This document shows, one piece after another, positions 46,813 to 60,450 of a DNA stretch of 64,000 nt; position 1 is the first letter of the stretch; each line of letters starts with the position of its first letter. The stretch is from Nemertoderma westbladi (lineage: Eukaryota > Animalia > Xenacoelomorpha): assembly GCA_032718475.1 (NCBI GenBank), contig JAUCBJ010000865.1, positions 29,337 to 93,336 of the forward strand. Reading direction: 5' to 3'. Both the position numbers and the translations under genes were made by a program. The notes beneath the pieces are model-generated. The model did not search any database. It had not been told where the DNA came from and saw nothing but the letters and a program-made list of their open reading frames with translations.

Positions 46813-48775
46813 GTTTGATTGTACAGTTGAATGCCTACTACTATAACAACAGTTAAAGCAAGTCTAGTAATTCAGTATCAACTGTTAGCCTAGTAATTAA
46901 TTACCGATACCGTTACTCAGTGTAACGTGATATATATACAATATATTAGAATACCGGTATACACTTGTAGTATATATAAGTATTACTACAGACTAGGGTT
47001 TGTCACAGAATACCGGTATATAATTTCAGCATAAATATATAAATATATATAATAAGCCTACCGTGAATACCGGTATACAGCTTACACTTATAGTATATAT
47101 AAGTATAATTATAGACTAAAATTAATTACAGAATACCGGTATATAATTTCAGCATAAATTTATACAAATAAATATAATAAGCCTATAGTAAATACCGGTA
47201 TGTCAATTATTTATAATTTTAGGATTACTTTCCTTGACTTTGTTACTGTTATTAAGCAGTAGTCCAACTGATATTAAGACCTAATTGATGTATGACAGGC
47301 CTACTATTTTATAAATCGGTTTGAGTTGATTTATAATATATATATACCCTTATAATGGTTTTTTTTAACAATATTTGAAATAAATGTTATTATTTCTGGT
47401 AAGGAGTCACTACACAGAAGCTGAACGCTCTCAGTGAAGTGCTACTTATTGGACACTAAAACAAATAATTATAATTTACTAAGTTACTTATTACTACAAA
47501 TTACATACAATTACGGGATGAGATTACAATCTCTAAATAAACACAAAAATTTACACGTACAAATTTTAGGGTAATTTTACAGGAAATCTACAAACCAGCC
47601 TAACAAGGGGTTAGAATTTCTGGTTATTACAAACGGTCAGGATACTACGGTATTTGAAAATAATTAAGCAGTAGTAAATAAATTGCGTTGTCCAGATAAG
47701 AAAATACCACCGTCTGACGACTTATAGTCTTTAGCTGTACAGCTCTATAAGTACTACGTTATGTACCCGGAGTGTTCTTACCTAGAAGTTAATTACCGCA
47801 GCCAACCAGAGCTAACGTGCCTATTAACCACTTTACAACACAAATATACTGCCTACACACTAATTACCTTCGGAAAGTACTGTACACTAAACCCTAAATT
47901 AGGTACAAGTACTTATACAACAAATAACCAGCAGTTAAAAATACTTGTACAGCTAAAAGAACCACAGTATCTGCTGGAGTGACTAGAGCATAAAATCACC
48001 AGTCTTTACCTACGCCAAGCAGCCCTGATGTAGTACCGGGGTTAATTTAACTATAACGGTATGTATAACAAGCACAATTACTTGTAGGAATAAACTTGGG
48101 GTTGTGTATGTTGCGAATAATCGCATAAACTCTGAATAATAAATATTACGCTACCCGTACAGACTACACAAACAAAATACAAACCAAATGCTGGCAGACT
48201 ACTATCTAGCCTAAATAAACTACAGTATATGCAGACTCCGAAATGGTTAGTTAGTATGCGTTCTAACTGAGTAGTACGACTTATTCTTTCGGAGGGGATT
48301 TACCTTACAACACTGGATGCCCTCACCTTCCTAACTAGTATTTTATCGGACATACACTCTACACACACTGCAATCTCTTCAGACCTAACAACAGCCAGAC
48401 AACAATCCAGCCTACAAATTATTTGTACAATTTGAGCGGGCTTACACGCCTTCTGCAGTTCTGCTCAATATTACACTTACAGATAAATAAAACTGACAGA
48501 AATAAGTAAACCATACAAAGGAATAAGGGGTGATCAATCCCTAATCCCCTAACAGCCTACAATATACAATATATCTCAATCTAAATAATACTGGGTACTG
48601 GTAAGTACCGGTTCGGGTGGTTAGGTAGTTAGGCCTACAGTTTACCGTCCGACCGGTACATTCGAATTTATTGCCTACGTGCAATCAAGAGTTTAAAACT
48701 ATTAATGTTCTTACCAGAACATTAGACAAAATATATTTATTGCCTACACTGCAATCAGAAACTGAAAACTATTAA

Positions 48776-49926
48776 TGTTCGCGCTTTTAGACCTTTAACA
48801 GTTTAACCTGCCAATTTTAGGTGTCTTTTTGTGTATCAATTATTTAATGTACTGAAGGTACATCAGCCGAAGCCAGCCTGTGCGCGACCATTCACCCACA
48901 GTTAAGGGAGACTGGATTCGGATGCTTTGATAGTGATTGCAGTGTAGACCTACTGTATTATTCTATTGTTCGTTACTATAATATCTCTGACAATATATTT
49001 ACTTTCGGGGAAATATTAACAGTTCCTTTAGGACGTGGCGCTTTAAGTATAAAACAGAGTTATGACTTATACTAATCACAACTGGATGGCTACTGAGTTT
49101 CGTAAAAAGCGCATTCTTTAGGAGATGCTTTATTAACCTTCACACTACTTCATACAACTTCACACTACTGCGCACTGATCTGCCGACCGTCACTGAATTT
49201 GATCATATATAAGGAGGATCGCAACTGACACATGTAGGGATTATGAAATAGCATTCAATTCACACAAAAACCACTATAATGTAAGTCGCAGTTGCTACCG
49301 GTAAACCTGTTCCTCTAACCTATAGTAATCAAAGAGATTGAGGGTTTTATGATTATTCATCGGTAATCTCCCAATATATCAGCAATATATACCAACATAA
49401 CACCAATTAATAACAGAATCAAATAATGCGGTGAACAGTCAGTATGTGTAGTTGAATCGCGTTGCGTAGTGCCGCGGTGTGGCGGTGTGCTGCGTTAATA
49501 GTTTTACGTTCCTTTAATCAAAGCCATCTGATGTTTCTGAGGTTTAGGTCAAAGTCTGAAACTTCCACAGAAGTACAGAAGAATCCTAAGCTGGTGTTCT
49601 GGGCTTAGAAAAGATACACACTGACTGAATTGCGTGGGTTTCTGTAGGCACTGTCCAACACAAAGTGAAAATCGCTCTGATTGGCTGAGCCGAACAAAGA
49701 ACAAAGAGAGATTCAAGTTCCACGTTGGCAGTAAATCAGCTGACAGATTGCGTCATCTGAGTCATCTTTTAGAGTATTAAGCGCATTGCGGAGAAAATGG
49801 CTTGTTATGTCCGCTAAAGCACACATGCAGACATAGCGGGTAAAAATGGCTTGTTATGTCCGCTAAAACACCTACACAGTATATTGCGGAGAAAAATGGC
49901 TTGTTATATCCGCAAAAGCTTTTACA
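48776..49926 (-). repeat. E2 5' LTR
   Basis: Reads TGTAAAAGC...CGCGAACA on the minus strand, followed by the PBS at 48765-48775. Confidence 0.93.
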
Positions 49927-51116
49927 CTTACACTACATATGTTATATTTTAATGCTATCCTTAGTGCTTGTTTTAACTGATTTAATGTCAAGTAAACAAT
50001 TCCAATTCCTATTTTACTACAGTATCTTGCTTCCATACTGTAGTTACTGTGATTCAATTTATATAACTTCAACTCCTGATGCATAATTACTCAATGTTAA
50101 ATAATGTAGTGTTCTCGAATTATTTATTGCATAACTAGAGGAAACTACATAAAGAAATATTGGTACATGGTAGATGGCCTTAGGCCTCTGATATATTGTT
50201 GATATATTGATTTCCGATTTCGAGTGAATAACTTTTGAGTGTGTGAATGGATTTTACTCAAATTACGTGCAAACATTTTCTACTTCGATGCTCTTTCAAC
50301 ACATGTAATACAATTTAAGAAATTTCCCCAAAAATATATTATTACTTTTTTTTCCCGGGAAAAAATTAAAATCAGAAAAGGGTGGAGAAAAAGGTGTAAT
50401 TTTCCCCCCATGGAAAAAATAAACCAAAGGATTTATTTTTCCATGGAGAGAAAATTATACCTTTTCTCCCGGAGGTATGTTCGAGCGAAATAGTAACAAT
50501 TTTAAAGAATTGTATATAGAATAATATATAAGAAATAATATATAGAATATATTGTATGTAGAATACAATAATACAGAATTACCGGTATATTGACAATTAT
50601 AACTGTGTGGATGAATTCCTTCAACGATAGTCCGTAAACGGGACGAAAAACTGGCTAATTAAAAAAATTAATTTGCCAGCTCTGACACCCAGTGCCCAGG
50701 GACGACGACAGGTTTTCTGGAAATTTCGCAACGCAACGCTACACAATGAATATTTTATCCAACCCTCAACTCCTCAAACACCGTTGCATTACATCACAAT
50801 AATGTCAGTCTCAGTACAACCTGATTGTTGACCCCCGTACAGGCGTACGTACGTCAGTATTTAGTCTAGCCTACCTCCTACAGTCCTAGTGTCCTACAGT
50901 ACTGTACAGCAGTACCTGTACCGCTGTACCCAGTACCTACCACCTACTGACCTACCTAGTACCACACAGCCACAGTCAGACAGTACCAACCAACAGACCA
51001 ATTGGTATAATTCCTGAATTCTGCACTACTGCTATACTGTAATACAATACTGCAATAATAGGCCTATTTTTACACGTTGCTAAATCAATATTCTGTAGCC
51101 GCAGCGATCGAATGTA

Positions 51117-52112
51117 ATGGAAGCCCTCGCAATCGACGGTGGAGAGGTTGAACAGGTCCAACTGGATGGACAAGTTCTACTCAAAATCATCAAACACTCT
51201 ACGTCTGAGGAGACAGGTCTACCAGCCCAGGGCGTGCTGTTGGGTCTAATGAAAGGAGGGGGGTCTGGGGTTCTAGAGATAACCAACTGCTTCCCGTTCC
51301 CACGGGTAACGGACAACGCGGACTTCGACGAAACCAACTATCAAATGGATATGATGCGGCACCTTCGTAATGTAAACATCGACCATCTCCACGTCGGCTG
51401 GTACCAAACAACCTATTACTCTTCCTTCTTCAATAAATCCTTCTTGGAGAGTCAGTTCTGCTACCAGAGCTCTATAGGGGAGGCGGTTGTCTTGGTCTAC
51501 GATCCAACTCGGACCAATCAGAACGAGATCGCTATACGAGCCTTCAGACTCAGTAATAAAGTCATGGAATGCTATAAATCCGGGGATATTTCCCTTCCCA
51601 ACTGCATGGAGAATAATATAACGTTCGAGACTATGTTCCCAGAGGTCCCTGTTATCATCCGTAACTCCCATTTAGCTCAGTGTTTGCTGTCGGAGCTCGC
51701 GGGACAAAGTTCACAACGCAGCAGTAAAGACTTCCTCGGGCTGGGAACCAGTAGAGTTCTCGAGAACGATGTTCGTTTCCTTATGGATTCTATAGACACT
51801 TTGAATCAGGAGTCAGCTAAGTACGTCGTCTACAACCGCTCGGTAGCGCGGCTAAACAACCAGAAGATGCAGGCCTTAGCGAAACGGCAGATCGAGAACA
51901 GAGAGCGACTACAGAAGGGGGAGAGACCGGTACCCGAGGACGATATAGTGAGACAGTTCCAGCAGCCACCGTTGCCTCCGCGTCTAGACGCCATGGTAAC
52001 CGCCTGTCAGATAAACAACTACGTGGAGCAGATCAAGGATTATGCGACGCAGAACTACGCTAAACTCTTCCTCGCTGAGTCTGTGCATCGGTCCACGTCT
52101 GGGACCGAGTAA
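51117..52112 (+). CDS. EIF3H: Eukaryotic translation initiation factor 3 subunit H (MPN domain), intronless CDS
   Basis: VQLDGQVLLKIIKH, QGVLLGL, LEITNCFPFP, YQMDMMRHLRNVNIDHLHVGWYQ, VVLVYDP and KLFLAE motifs. Confidence 0.95.
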   Translation: MEALAIDGGEVEQVQLDGQVLLKIIKHSTSEETGLPAQGVLLGLMKGGGSGVLEITNCFPFPRVTDNADFDETNYQMDMMRHLRNVNIDHLHVGWYQTTYYSSFFNKSFLESQFCYQSSIGEAVVLVYDPTRTNQNEIAIRAFRLSNKVMECYKSGDISLPNCMENNITFETMFPEVPVIIRNSHLAQCLLSELAGQSSQRSSKDFLGLGTSRVLENDVRFLMDSIDTLNQESAKYVVYNRSVARLNNQKMQALAKRQIENRERLQKGERPVPEDDIVRQFQQPPLPPRLDAMVTACQINNYVEQIKDYATQNYAKLFLAESVHRSTSGTE

Positions 52113-52416
52113 CTGATACACAATGAGGGGTTTTTGTGCTGTAATAAGTAATAGGGAACTGTTCATTGTTATACTAAATGTATAATCTGTACTGAATATT
52201 ATTATAATATAAAAGGTCAGAACTTCGACCAGTGGAGTTCAGCAGGTTTATTTCTTTCACAAAATACATAGTTCATAATAGAGCGGTGAAAATGAAGAAC
52301 AATTTATTTATTATGCAGTTATTTATCGCTTTCACTCTCTAGATTCAATGGCCATCTAATGTAATAAACTCTCAATGTGCGTCTGAGAGGCCCTCAGATG
52401 CACCTCAGTTTTTTTT

Positions 52417-52761
52417 CATGGTTGCCAATCACCTGGAAAACCTGGGACTGTCAGGTAATTTCATTTTTTCTTGGAATTGTAAAAAATAGACAAATCAGGG
52501 AAAAATCGGGGAGCTTGATATTTACAGGACATTGTCATAAGCGAAAATGTGTAAAATTTGCTCTGCTCGGATGCTTGTGCTGTGGCAGTTTGCCGCTAAT
52601 TATATCTATGCAACTTTGTTTGGAATATAATAAAACGGTTTTATTAATAAGATAAAGTGGCCAATATAATACATTCTATAAAATGATTAGTGTACGTAGG
52701 TCTACTGTAAGTCAGGGAAAAGATAGGGAAAGTGAAACTGAATTAGAGAGCGACAACCCTG
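52417..52761. mobile_element. Possible hAT-type MITE
   Basis: CATGGTTGCC...GCGACAACCCTG termini and internal CAGGGAAAA repeats. Confidence 0.4.
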
Positions 52762-53167
52762 CGCTCCCTGAATATGTGTAGCTGGCTGTCTAACTGACTA
52801 TTATTTCTGCACGATAATAATATAATATCAGTCAACCCATACAAAATTGATACAAAAATAAATATTTCAATTTTGCGTAAGAACAGAGCATTCAATGTAA
52901 AGATTTATAATTGTGGGGCGAGCCATGCAGTCAGGGCGAGCCTTAGCGCACAATTATAATTAGAAAATAGGGCAAAATGTCATGTCCGGCTGTCTGTCTG
53001 TCCGTCCGTTATGAAAAATTCATTCGTAAATCAAGTTCGCGTGCTGCGCGAAAATACACGAAAACTCGTTCGCGTGCTGCACGATGCCCCACGAACGTGT
53101 TTATATACATATGGGTACACCTACTGTACTCAGTGTAAAGTATCACTTTAGTATATTAAGATACTCC

Positions 53168-53265
53168 AAGGTGGCTTTGTTACTTCAGAGTGAGAGCTAA
53201 TTCAAAAGTTTGGATTCACGGAGGTTGTGGTTTCGATCCCTGCATGGGGACCAGAGCAGTTTTCG
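53168..53265 (+). mobile_element. Degenerate tRNA-derived SINE head
   Basis: B-box-like GGTTTCGATCCC in a T-arm-like context; A box degenerate. Confidence 0.35.
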
Positions 53266-53327
53266 TTTCGATACGAAAGATTTAAAGGGACTAGCCAAGG
53301 CGTATCTCTGTCTTGGATCTTTAAATG

Positions 53328-54900
53328 TTAGCAAAATGACAATGGAGAATATGGAAAATATGTTTCTCGGCACATTGCTTCAGGGATGACGAGTTGTGGT
53401 CCATGAAGGACTAGTCCATCAATGACTTGGACGTCACAGCGGTCGCGGAAGTAGGATAGGAGTAGTGGATTAGCGACGTAATGTGATGCCGGCCATCCCT
53501 CAGGGATGATGTTGATCAATACTGTTAGACTCGTGGGGGGAGAGTGTCCGGGATCCACACTTGACCGTGAGCCAGCGGTTCTGTAGTGGGACGAGTTGGC
53601 GGAGTAAAAAACTGAGGCCATTTAATCGAGATGCATCAGTGAGAAGTTGCATTGTGCGGTGTGGCTGGAATCCAGAGAGGTATTTTGGGCTTGATAGGGT
53701 TAAGGGCACTGCTTTGAAGGCCTGTTGGTGATGGCTGAGACATGTCCAATGACATCGGCTGCATAATCAATGAATAACATCGGTGTTAAGGCTGCATAAT
53801 GGTTCTGAGCTCTGTGATTTCTGGTGTAGAGTTTCTGAGCTGGTTTGGTAGACCCATGAATGATCGGAGTTCTGTCTATGGTTTGATGATTCTGATGCCC
53901 CATGCCATCCCATCGGCATACTGTACGTTTATAGCGCATACACCACGTGCAGCAGCAACGAATGTTGTTAACCCTTTGGTTACTAGGCCCTTTTTTAAAT
54001 AGCCCCCCAGAACCTAAAAATTAAGCATAAATTTAATTTTTAAAAATTAAAAAAAAATTTAAATTAAATTTTTTTTTAAATTAAAAAAAAAAAAAAAATT
54101 TTGAAAATTAAAAAATGAAAAAAATATTTATTTTTCTGAACTATATCATATATAATACTATATTCCATGGTCTATTATGGTACCGGTATAATCTATATGA
54201 CTTATTTAGGATAATCTGCAAAGCATTTATCAAGAGCCCTGGATATAAACTGTGAATGAATGATAAAAATCAATGAATAATTATTGTAATACTAAAATGC
54301 AATATAGCTTCATTATTGCAGAATTACCACAATAATCCACCAGGATGCTAGTACAGGAACAATCATTATTCCCATTATTCTATTTACGAAATGCAATTAC
54401 GTAATTCACCAACATGAAGAATACCAGGTTTTCACTTTTCACTTTTCAGTCATGTATTTATTTATTTTCAAAGTAGATTATTACAGTGGAAAGCTTGACA
54501 GGGAAATAAACTCTGATTGGTTGGTATTCTCTAGGGCTACTCATTCAAACCTCTGCCATATCCTACTGTTACAATCAACCTGCTTTCAATAAGCACCCTG
54601 CTTTCTCTGAAAAGGAGCTCATCACTGATTGGTTGAATTCCAACCTCTAACTCAAACTCCAGATCACTTTTTTAAATAAAACGGTTAGTATAGTTTCCTA
54701 AGCGATGGATAAACACTGCTAGAATAACCTAAACTTGAATCATCCCCATTGGCAGCCATCATCACTCCCCTGGGTCGTCTTCATCGTGGGCTTCTTCTAT
54801 GATACCCATCGCCAGCTGATCATCCAATTCTCTGTTGAATGCGGCTTCGAGGTTTAATTGGATAGGCCTGTTGGAATATTATGTTGTAACGGGTTGGGCA
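53328..54900 (-). pseudogene. Decayed Ty3/gypsy pol fragments
   Basis: FNRELDDQLAMGIIEE (RT start, about 54770-54870), LLTDASRLNGL..CGSRTL (RNase H) and EGWP...DGLVLHG.QLVIP. Confidence 0.65.
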
Positions 54901-56333
54901 TTATGGTGGAGTTTTATTGTGATTCCCCCCCCCCCCCCCCCCCCATCCATTACCCGGCATTGTCCTGAAAATAGTTTTGGGTATTGAGATGTGAGTTCTT
55001 TCCACCATCCAGTAAGCAACCGAGGGTGGACTCTCTATAGCCGAGGGGCACTTGTATAATAACTAATAATCACGAACCCCATCCTCTTATAATATATAAC
55101 TCTGTAGTAGTCAGTAGCAGTAGTAGTAATAGTAGTACAGTAGTAGTATAAGTAGTAAGTAATAGTAAAGGAGATCGGTTTAAACCAAAGTGATAAATTA
55201 ACATTATTATATAACATAATCATATAGACAAAGTAGAATAAGATACAGATTCATAATTATTTTATCAAACTCATGTACTACTTACTTCAATGTGCCCATT
55301 GTAATAATAATTAAACATATTATTCCGATTAATCTGTGTTTGGCCCTATAAGATATTATACTGAAGTGTTTTATATCAATATATCCATGCGAGTAAACAA
55401 GAAGTGAAGTAAATGTTTATTATTATAGTTTTAGAAATTGAATGATATACCCAAGATAGTGAAATAGATAATATACAAGAAATTGCCATTTGATCAGATA
55501 TATCAAAGCGGCGTCTTTAGTATAATACCGTAATAGTACCAATTAACTCTGTTATACAATGTAAATATACTACATTTATTTATAAATATATTATGAGCCC
55601 TACATTGTATATTTCTCCTACAGGTAGACAATGTAGTATGTTAAAACTTGATATAATTTGATATAATGTATAACATATTACAAATAAGACTGAGGCAGCT
55701 AAACTATATTGCAAAGAAATCAAATATCCTAAAGTAATATACTAGACCCTCCCTCCACCCTATAAATAGTGTTCACCACCTACCCCACCCACCGCCCTTA
55801 TTACTTCATAATCATGAAAGATAGTACTGGCGCTCCGGTCACTCCGTTCCCTCCGCTGGGGGGGTTAAGTTGTAGGTTTTGACACTATGCAAAATCCGAG
55901 CACAGAGTTAGAAGCGCATTGGATAGGCGAACATTTCTTGCAGTGAAAGTATTTCCATACCTATTATAGTTTTCGAGATAGTCAGACATGAGTAGCTAAA
56001 ATTTGAATTTTTTTCGGTAAAGTCTGATTTCACCGGTACCTGTCATCCGAAATATGGATTGTGATATATCGTTAGATGCGGGTCCACTAACTGTACATTC
56101 ACATATTTTCAAGGAAAAAATTCGATCAAGGGTTTTCGAAATATTTTCGAATTACCGGAAGCAGACTTTGGACGACCATATTTCCGGTACCGGTAGGCCT
56201 ATTGAGTCTAAATTTTTTTTAATCTACTAAGAACACTCCAGTGAATGTTTTTTAGTTTGAAAGTTTTGCCCCAAAATGCTCAGAAGTAATTTCGAAAAAA
56301 CTGATCATTTCGCGATCATGATCTTTTGACCCC

Positions 56334-57604
56334 TGTACGCGCTTTTGAAGACCTTTAGCAGTTTAACCTGCCAAAATTTATATGTCTTTTGGTTTATAAA
56401 TAGACTTTAGAAGTTGACAAATATTTAATACCAATAAACACAACATTAGCAGAAGCCAGCCTAGTGCGCGTCCATTCACCCGCTGGATATACCCGGGAGA
56501 CTGGATTCTGAGGGCTTAGATTATTATTGCAGTGTAAGCTTACTGTATTATTCGATTGATCGTTAATAAATAATTTCTGACTAATATTATTCACTTTCGG
56601 GAAATATTAACAGTTCCTTTAGGACGTGGCGCTCTATCTAGGTAAACAGAGATATGACTTGTACTAAACACAACGGTAAGTCGGTAAGGCTTATGATTCA
56701 CGTATGAGGCGCATTCTTTAGGAAATGCTTAGTTATCAGTCACAATCATGCACACTACCGGTAACACACAATACTGCTCACTAATTTGCCGACCGTCAAT
56801 GAATTTTATCATATATAAAGAGAACAGCAACGGACTCATGTAGTGCTTATCAAATAGCATTAAATTCACTACAAACCACAATAATATAAGTCGCAATCGC
56901 TATATATAACCCGTCTCTCTAACCTGTAGTGTATCAAGAAAATTGGGAATTTTGGGTTCTTTATAAATGTTCTCCAAATAATATTCAACCAACTAATACA
57001 AAATATGACAACAGTAAAAAGCATTAAGACGGTAGGTTAAGATATGATATGACAATGTATGTGCCGATTGAGTCGTGTTATGATTGATATGATAACAGTT
57101 ATACGCTCTATAATCTTAAGCCTACTAATGTTTCTCCTAAAGTATGAAAACGAATTGACTCTAGAGCCGGTGTTCCTGGCCTAGATACAAGCAACACAAC
57201 AGTATCAAGAATAAACAGTAAGACTGAACACTCCTAGTATGATCGGCCGAATATCTCCACATCGACAGAAAAAATCGCTCTGATTGGCTTAAGCTAAACA
57301 AAGAACCATGTGTCCAATGGCCGTTTCCATGTCAGCAACCAGCTGTTAGATGTCGCAATCTGAATCATCAAGGCCAAGCCGTGCAAGGGTATTTGGTGCA
57401 TTGCGGGTTTTTTTGCCTTACCATGTCCTCCAAAGCACGTATATAGAAGAATGACTTTTATGTCCGTTAAAACACCTATAACGGTACCTTGCGGGCGAGG
57501 GGAATATATATATAGTTAGAGAGCCTTTTAGAGTATTCCAGCGCCTGGGGGGAAACTGGATTGCGAAGCAAAAGGGCCAGTTATATCCCACAGAAGCTTT
57601 TACA
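56334..57604 (-). repeat. E4 3' LTR (diverged relative of the E2 LTR)
   Basis: TG..CA ends, long homology to 37003-38165 and the same adjacent PPT. Confidence 0.85.
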
Positions 57605-57682
57605 CCGCTCCCAGAAAATGGGATTTGAGTCTATAAAATATACAAAATCACAGTTTCTAATATACGTAAATACTCTAAACAG

Positions 57683-58340
57683 TTAGTCTTTCTTGCGCGG
57701 ACGGCGTTTACGCAGTTTTTTAAAGCTAGCCAGAGTCCTTTTCTCTTTGGGGCGAGCCACTTTACAAGGAGGGCTATAACTCCTGGGTGAAGGGTGCAAT
57801 ATGATTGCATCAGAGGGTGTAGGATTATGGTCGGTGTATCCGCCAGTCGAAGTACTGGGTTGATTGACATCAACGTCAGGGGAGAGGGGTCTAACGGCTT
57901 TGAGAGCTCGTTTCAAGACAGCCGCTCTTACGGGTCCTTTACGAGTGGTCTGAACGAGGGCCATGGGTGGACCATAGGCAGTTAGAAACCTCCGGGGTTT
58001 AATGGTTCTTTCCAACTCGCGTTCGCGGGCTCGGTATTCGTAAGGCCGTCGATATACTTCCTGTAACTCGGGGTGTGAGTTAACAAACAAGTCTCCATAG
58101 TCCGGATCCTGACGGATATAATTGATTAAGTTATAGGAATGAAGGTCGCTAGGATTAACACTCCTGAGAAATTTGCGTACGAATTTGGTTGAAATACATT
58201 CTCCGACGCGCTTCAGTAGCTCGTAACTTGATATGCGGGATTTCTGTTCAACCGAAGCGAATAGATAAGGATGGAACGCATAAACTCCTTCGTAAGCGCG
58301 TCCGGGATAATAGCGATGGCGCGAATCACAATGTAAATCA
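57683..58340 (-). CDS. E4 ORF3 C-terminal part, interrupted by E3
   Basis: The frame stays open to the E3 junction. DLH..RHRYYPGRAYEGVYAFHP...YELL...VRKFLRSVNP...YN aligns with E1 ORF3 DEH..RRRFPMRAHLGFWAVNP...YDEL...VREYLLQIHP...WN. Confidence 0.7.
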
Positions 58341-58341
58341 G

Positions 58342-59556
58342 TGTAAAAGCTTTTGCGTAATTAGCCGGTTATTTTCCCTTAAAGTACTCTGTAGTTGGTT
58401 TGCCAGGCATAAAAGGGCCGTGTCCTTGCTGTACTGGTGTTTTAGAGGACATAAAAGTCATTTCTTATGTATTTGTACTGTATTTGTACTTTAGAGGACA
58501 TAATCCACAATCTCGTGACGCAATAGCTGGATACTTTGAAAACAGTGTCGCTACCATGACGACGGCTAGCAGCTGATATTGCCACGTCGACGTTTCTTTG
58601 TTCTTTGTTCTCTCGTTGTTCAGGTTGACCAATCAGAGCGTTTGTTGTCTTTGTGTTGGAGGTATATACAGAAACTCAGTAGTTCAGTGTTATGTTTTTT
58701 GCCCAGAGCCTAAGAACCGGCTTTTGGCACCTCCGTGTTTTCAGTTTTTAGTTTTACACTAGTAGGTTTAATTATAAGGACATATATCCTTTAACTGACC
58801 TGACTCATGGAATCACTGCTAACTGATCATACATACTGACTGCTGAAACATTGCAAACTCATAACAATCAGTGTTTTCATTGTTGTTTTATACTGCTATT
58901 TACTGTCAGTTCTTCATAATATGGTTGATGAATTATTATATTTGGAATAACGATAAATAACCCCGAAACCCAATATTCTTGATATACCGAAGGTAAGAGA
59001 GAAGGGTTACAAATAAACGATTGTGACTTATGTTAAAGTGGTTTGAAGTGAATCTAATGTTATTTGATAGACCCTACATGATTCAGTCTGTGTTCCTTTT
59101 ATATGTGACTAAAATCAGTGAAGATTGGCAGATTAGTGTGCAGTATTGTGCAGCATTGTGTATGAGTGAGTCTGTTAAAGAAGCAATTCCTAAAGAATGC
59201 GCCATATATGTGAATTATAATTAAGCCATATCGTTGTGAGTAGTTTAAGTCATAACTCTGTTTATATAGATAAAGCGCCACGTCCTAAAGGAACTGTTAA
59301 TATTCCCGAAGGTGAATAATATTGTCAGAGATTATATAATACTGTCAGTCGAATAATACATTAGGCTTACATAGCAATAAAATTAAACCGTCGAACCCAA
59401 TCTCCCGGGAATCTCCAGCGGGTGAATGGTCGCGCACGGATTGGTTTCGACTAGTGTAGTGAATCAAATACTTGTCATAGACTAAAAACTGATTTAATAT
59501 CTAGAAGACATCTTAATTTGGTGGGTTAAACTGCCAAAGGTCTGAAAGCGCGAACA
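58342..59556 (+). repeat. E3 5' LTR
   Basis: TGTAAAAGC...CGCGAACA; CCAAT at 58629, TATATA at 58663 and Inr-like TCAGT near 58684; inverted homolog of the E2/E4 LTRs. Confidence 0.85.
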
Positions 59557-59884
59557 TTAAAGGATATAGCTTCTTTATTGCAGTAAGCAATAAAGTTGAA
59601 AGTACCGGTCAACCGGTACATCTGTAGGTCAGTAGGCCCAACTGCCAGAACCGGTACCAGTAGGCCTGACTACCTAACCACCCGGACCGGTACCTACAGC
59701 AGTACAGGCACAGCAGTATTATTCGATTTTGATTATTATATACCAGTAGGCCTTAATAATTAATCAGGGACTGCAGCCCTGGTTTTTTATTGAGATTTTT
59801 ACTTATTTCTGTCAAGTTTTATTTGTTTGTAGGCCAGTATTGAACAGAAGGCGTGTAAACCTCATCAGATTGTACAGACAATTT

Positions 59885-60450
59885 GTAGGCTGAGCTGTTG
59901 TCTGGCTGTTATTAAGTCTGAACGGATTACAGTGTGTGTAGAGCACTTGTCCGATTAAGTACGGTTAGGAAGTAGGGGCAGCCAATGCGGTAAGGTAAAC
60001 CCCCAACTAAAGAATAAGTCGCACTACTGGGTTAGAGCGCATACTCCCTAATCATTTCGGAGTCTGCATGTCCTGTGGTTTATTTAGGCTTGAGAGTAGT
60101 CTGCCATCGTTTAGTCTGTACTTTGTTTGTGTAAGTCTGTACGGGTAGCGTATAATTTTATTTAAATAATCTGTAGGCTGGATAGTTGTCTGGCTGTTAT
60201 TAAGTCTGAACGGATTGCTGCGTGTGTAGATCATCTGTCCGATTAAGTACGATTAGGCAGTAGGGGCAGCGAACGCTGTAAGGTAAACCCCCGACTAAAG
60301 AATAAGTCGCACTACTGGGTTAGAGCGCATACTCCCTAATCATTTCGGAGTCTGCATATACCGTAGTTTGTTTAGGCTTGATAGTAGTCTGTCAGTGTTC
60401 GGTCTGTATTTTGTTTGAGTAGTTTGTACGCGTAGCGTAATATTTATTAT
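59885..60450 (+). repeat. About 287-bp tandem duplication in the E3 5' UTR
   Basis: Units start TGTAGGCTG at 59885 and 60172; E2 has a single copy. Confidence 0.8.

Larger units (their letters stand above)
37003..49926 (-). mobile_element. BEL/Pao element E2, non-autonomous deletion derivative
   Basis: TG..CA LTRs at 37003-38165 and 48776-49926, TSD CTTAC; gag and protease retained, RT and integrase cores missing. Confidence 0.93.
36829..50023. repeat. Foldback palindrome interrupted by E2
   Basis: 36925-37002 is a perfect palindrome centred on TATATA. The right arm continues at 49932-50023, inverted to 36829-36924. Confidence 0.85.
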
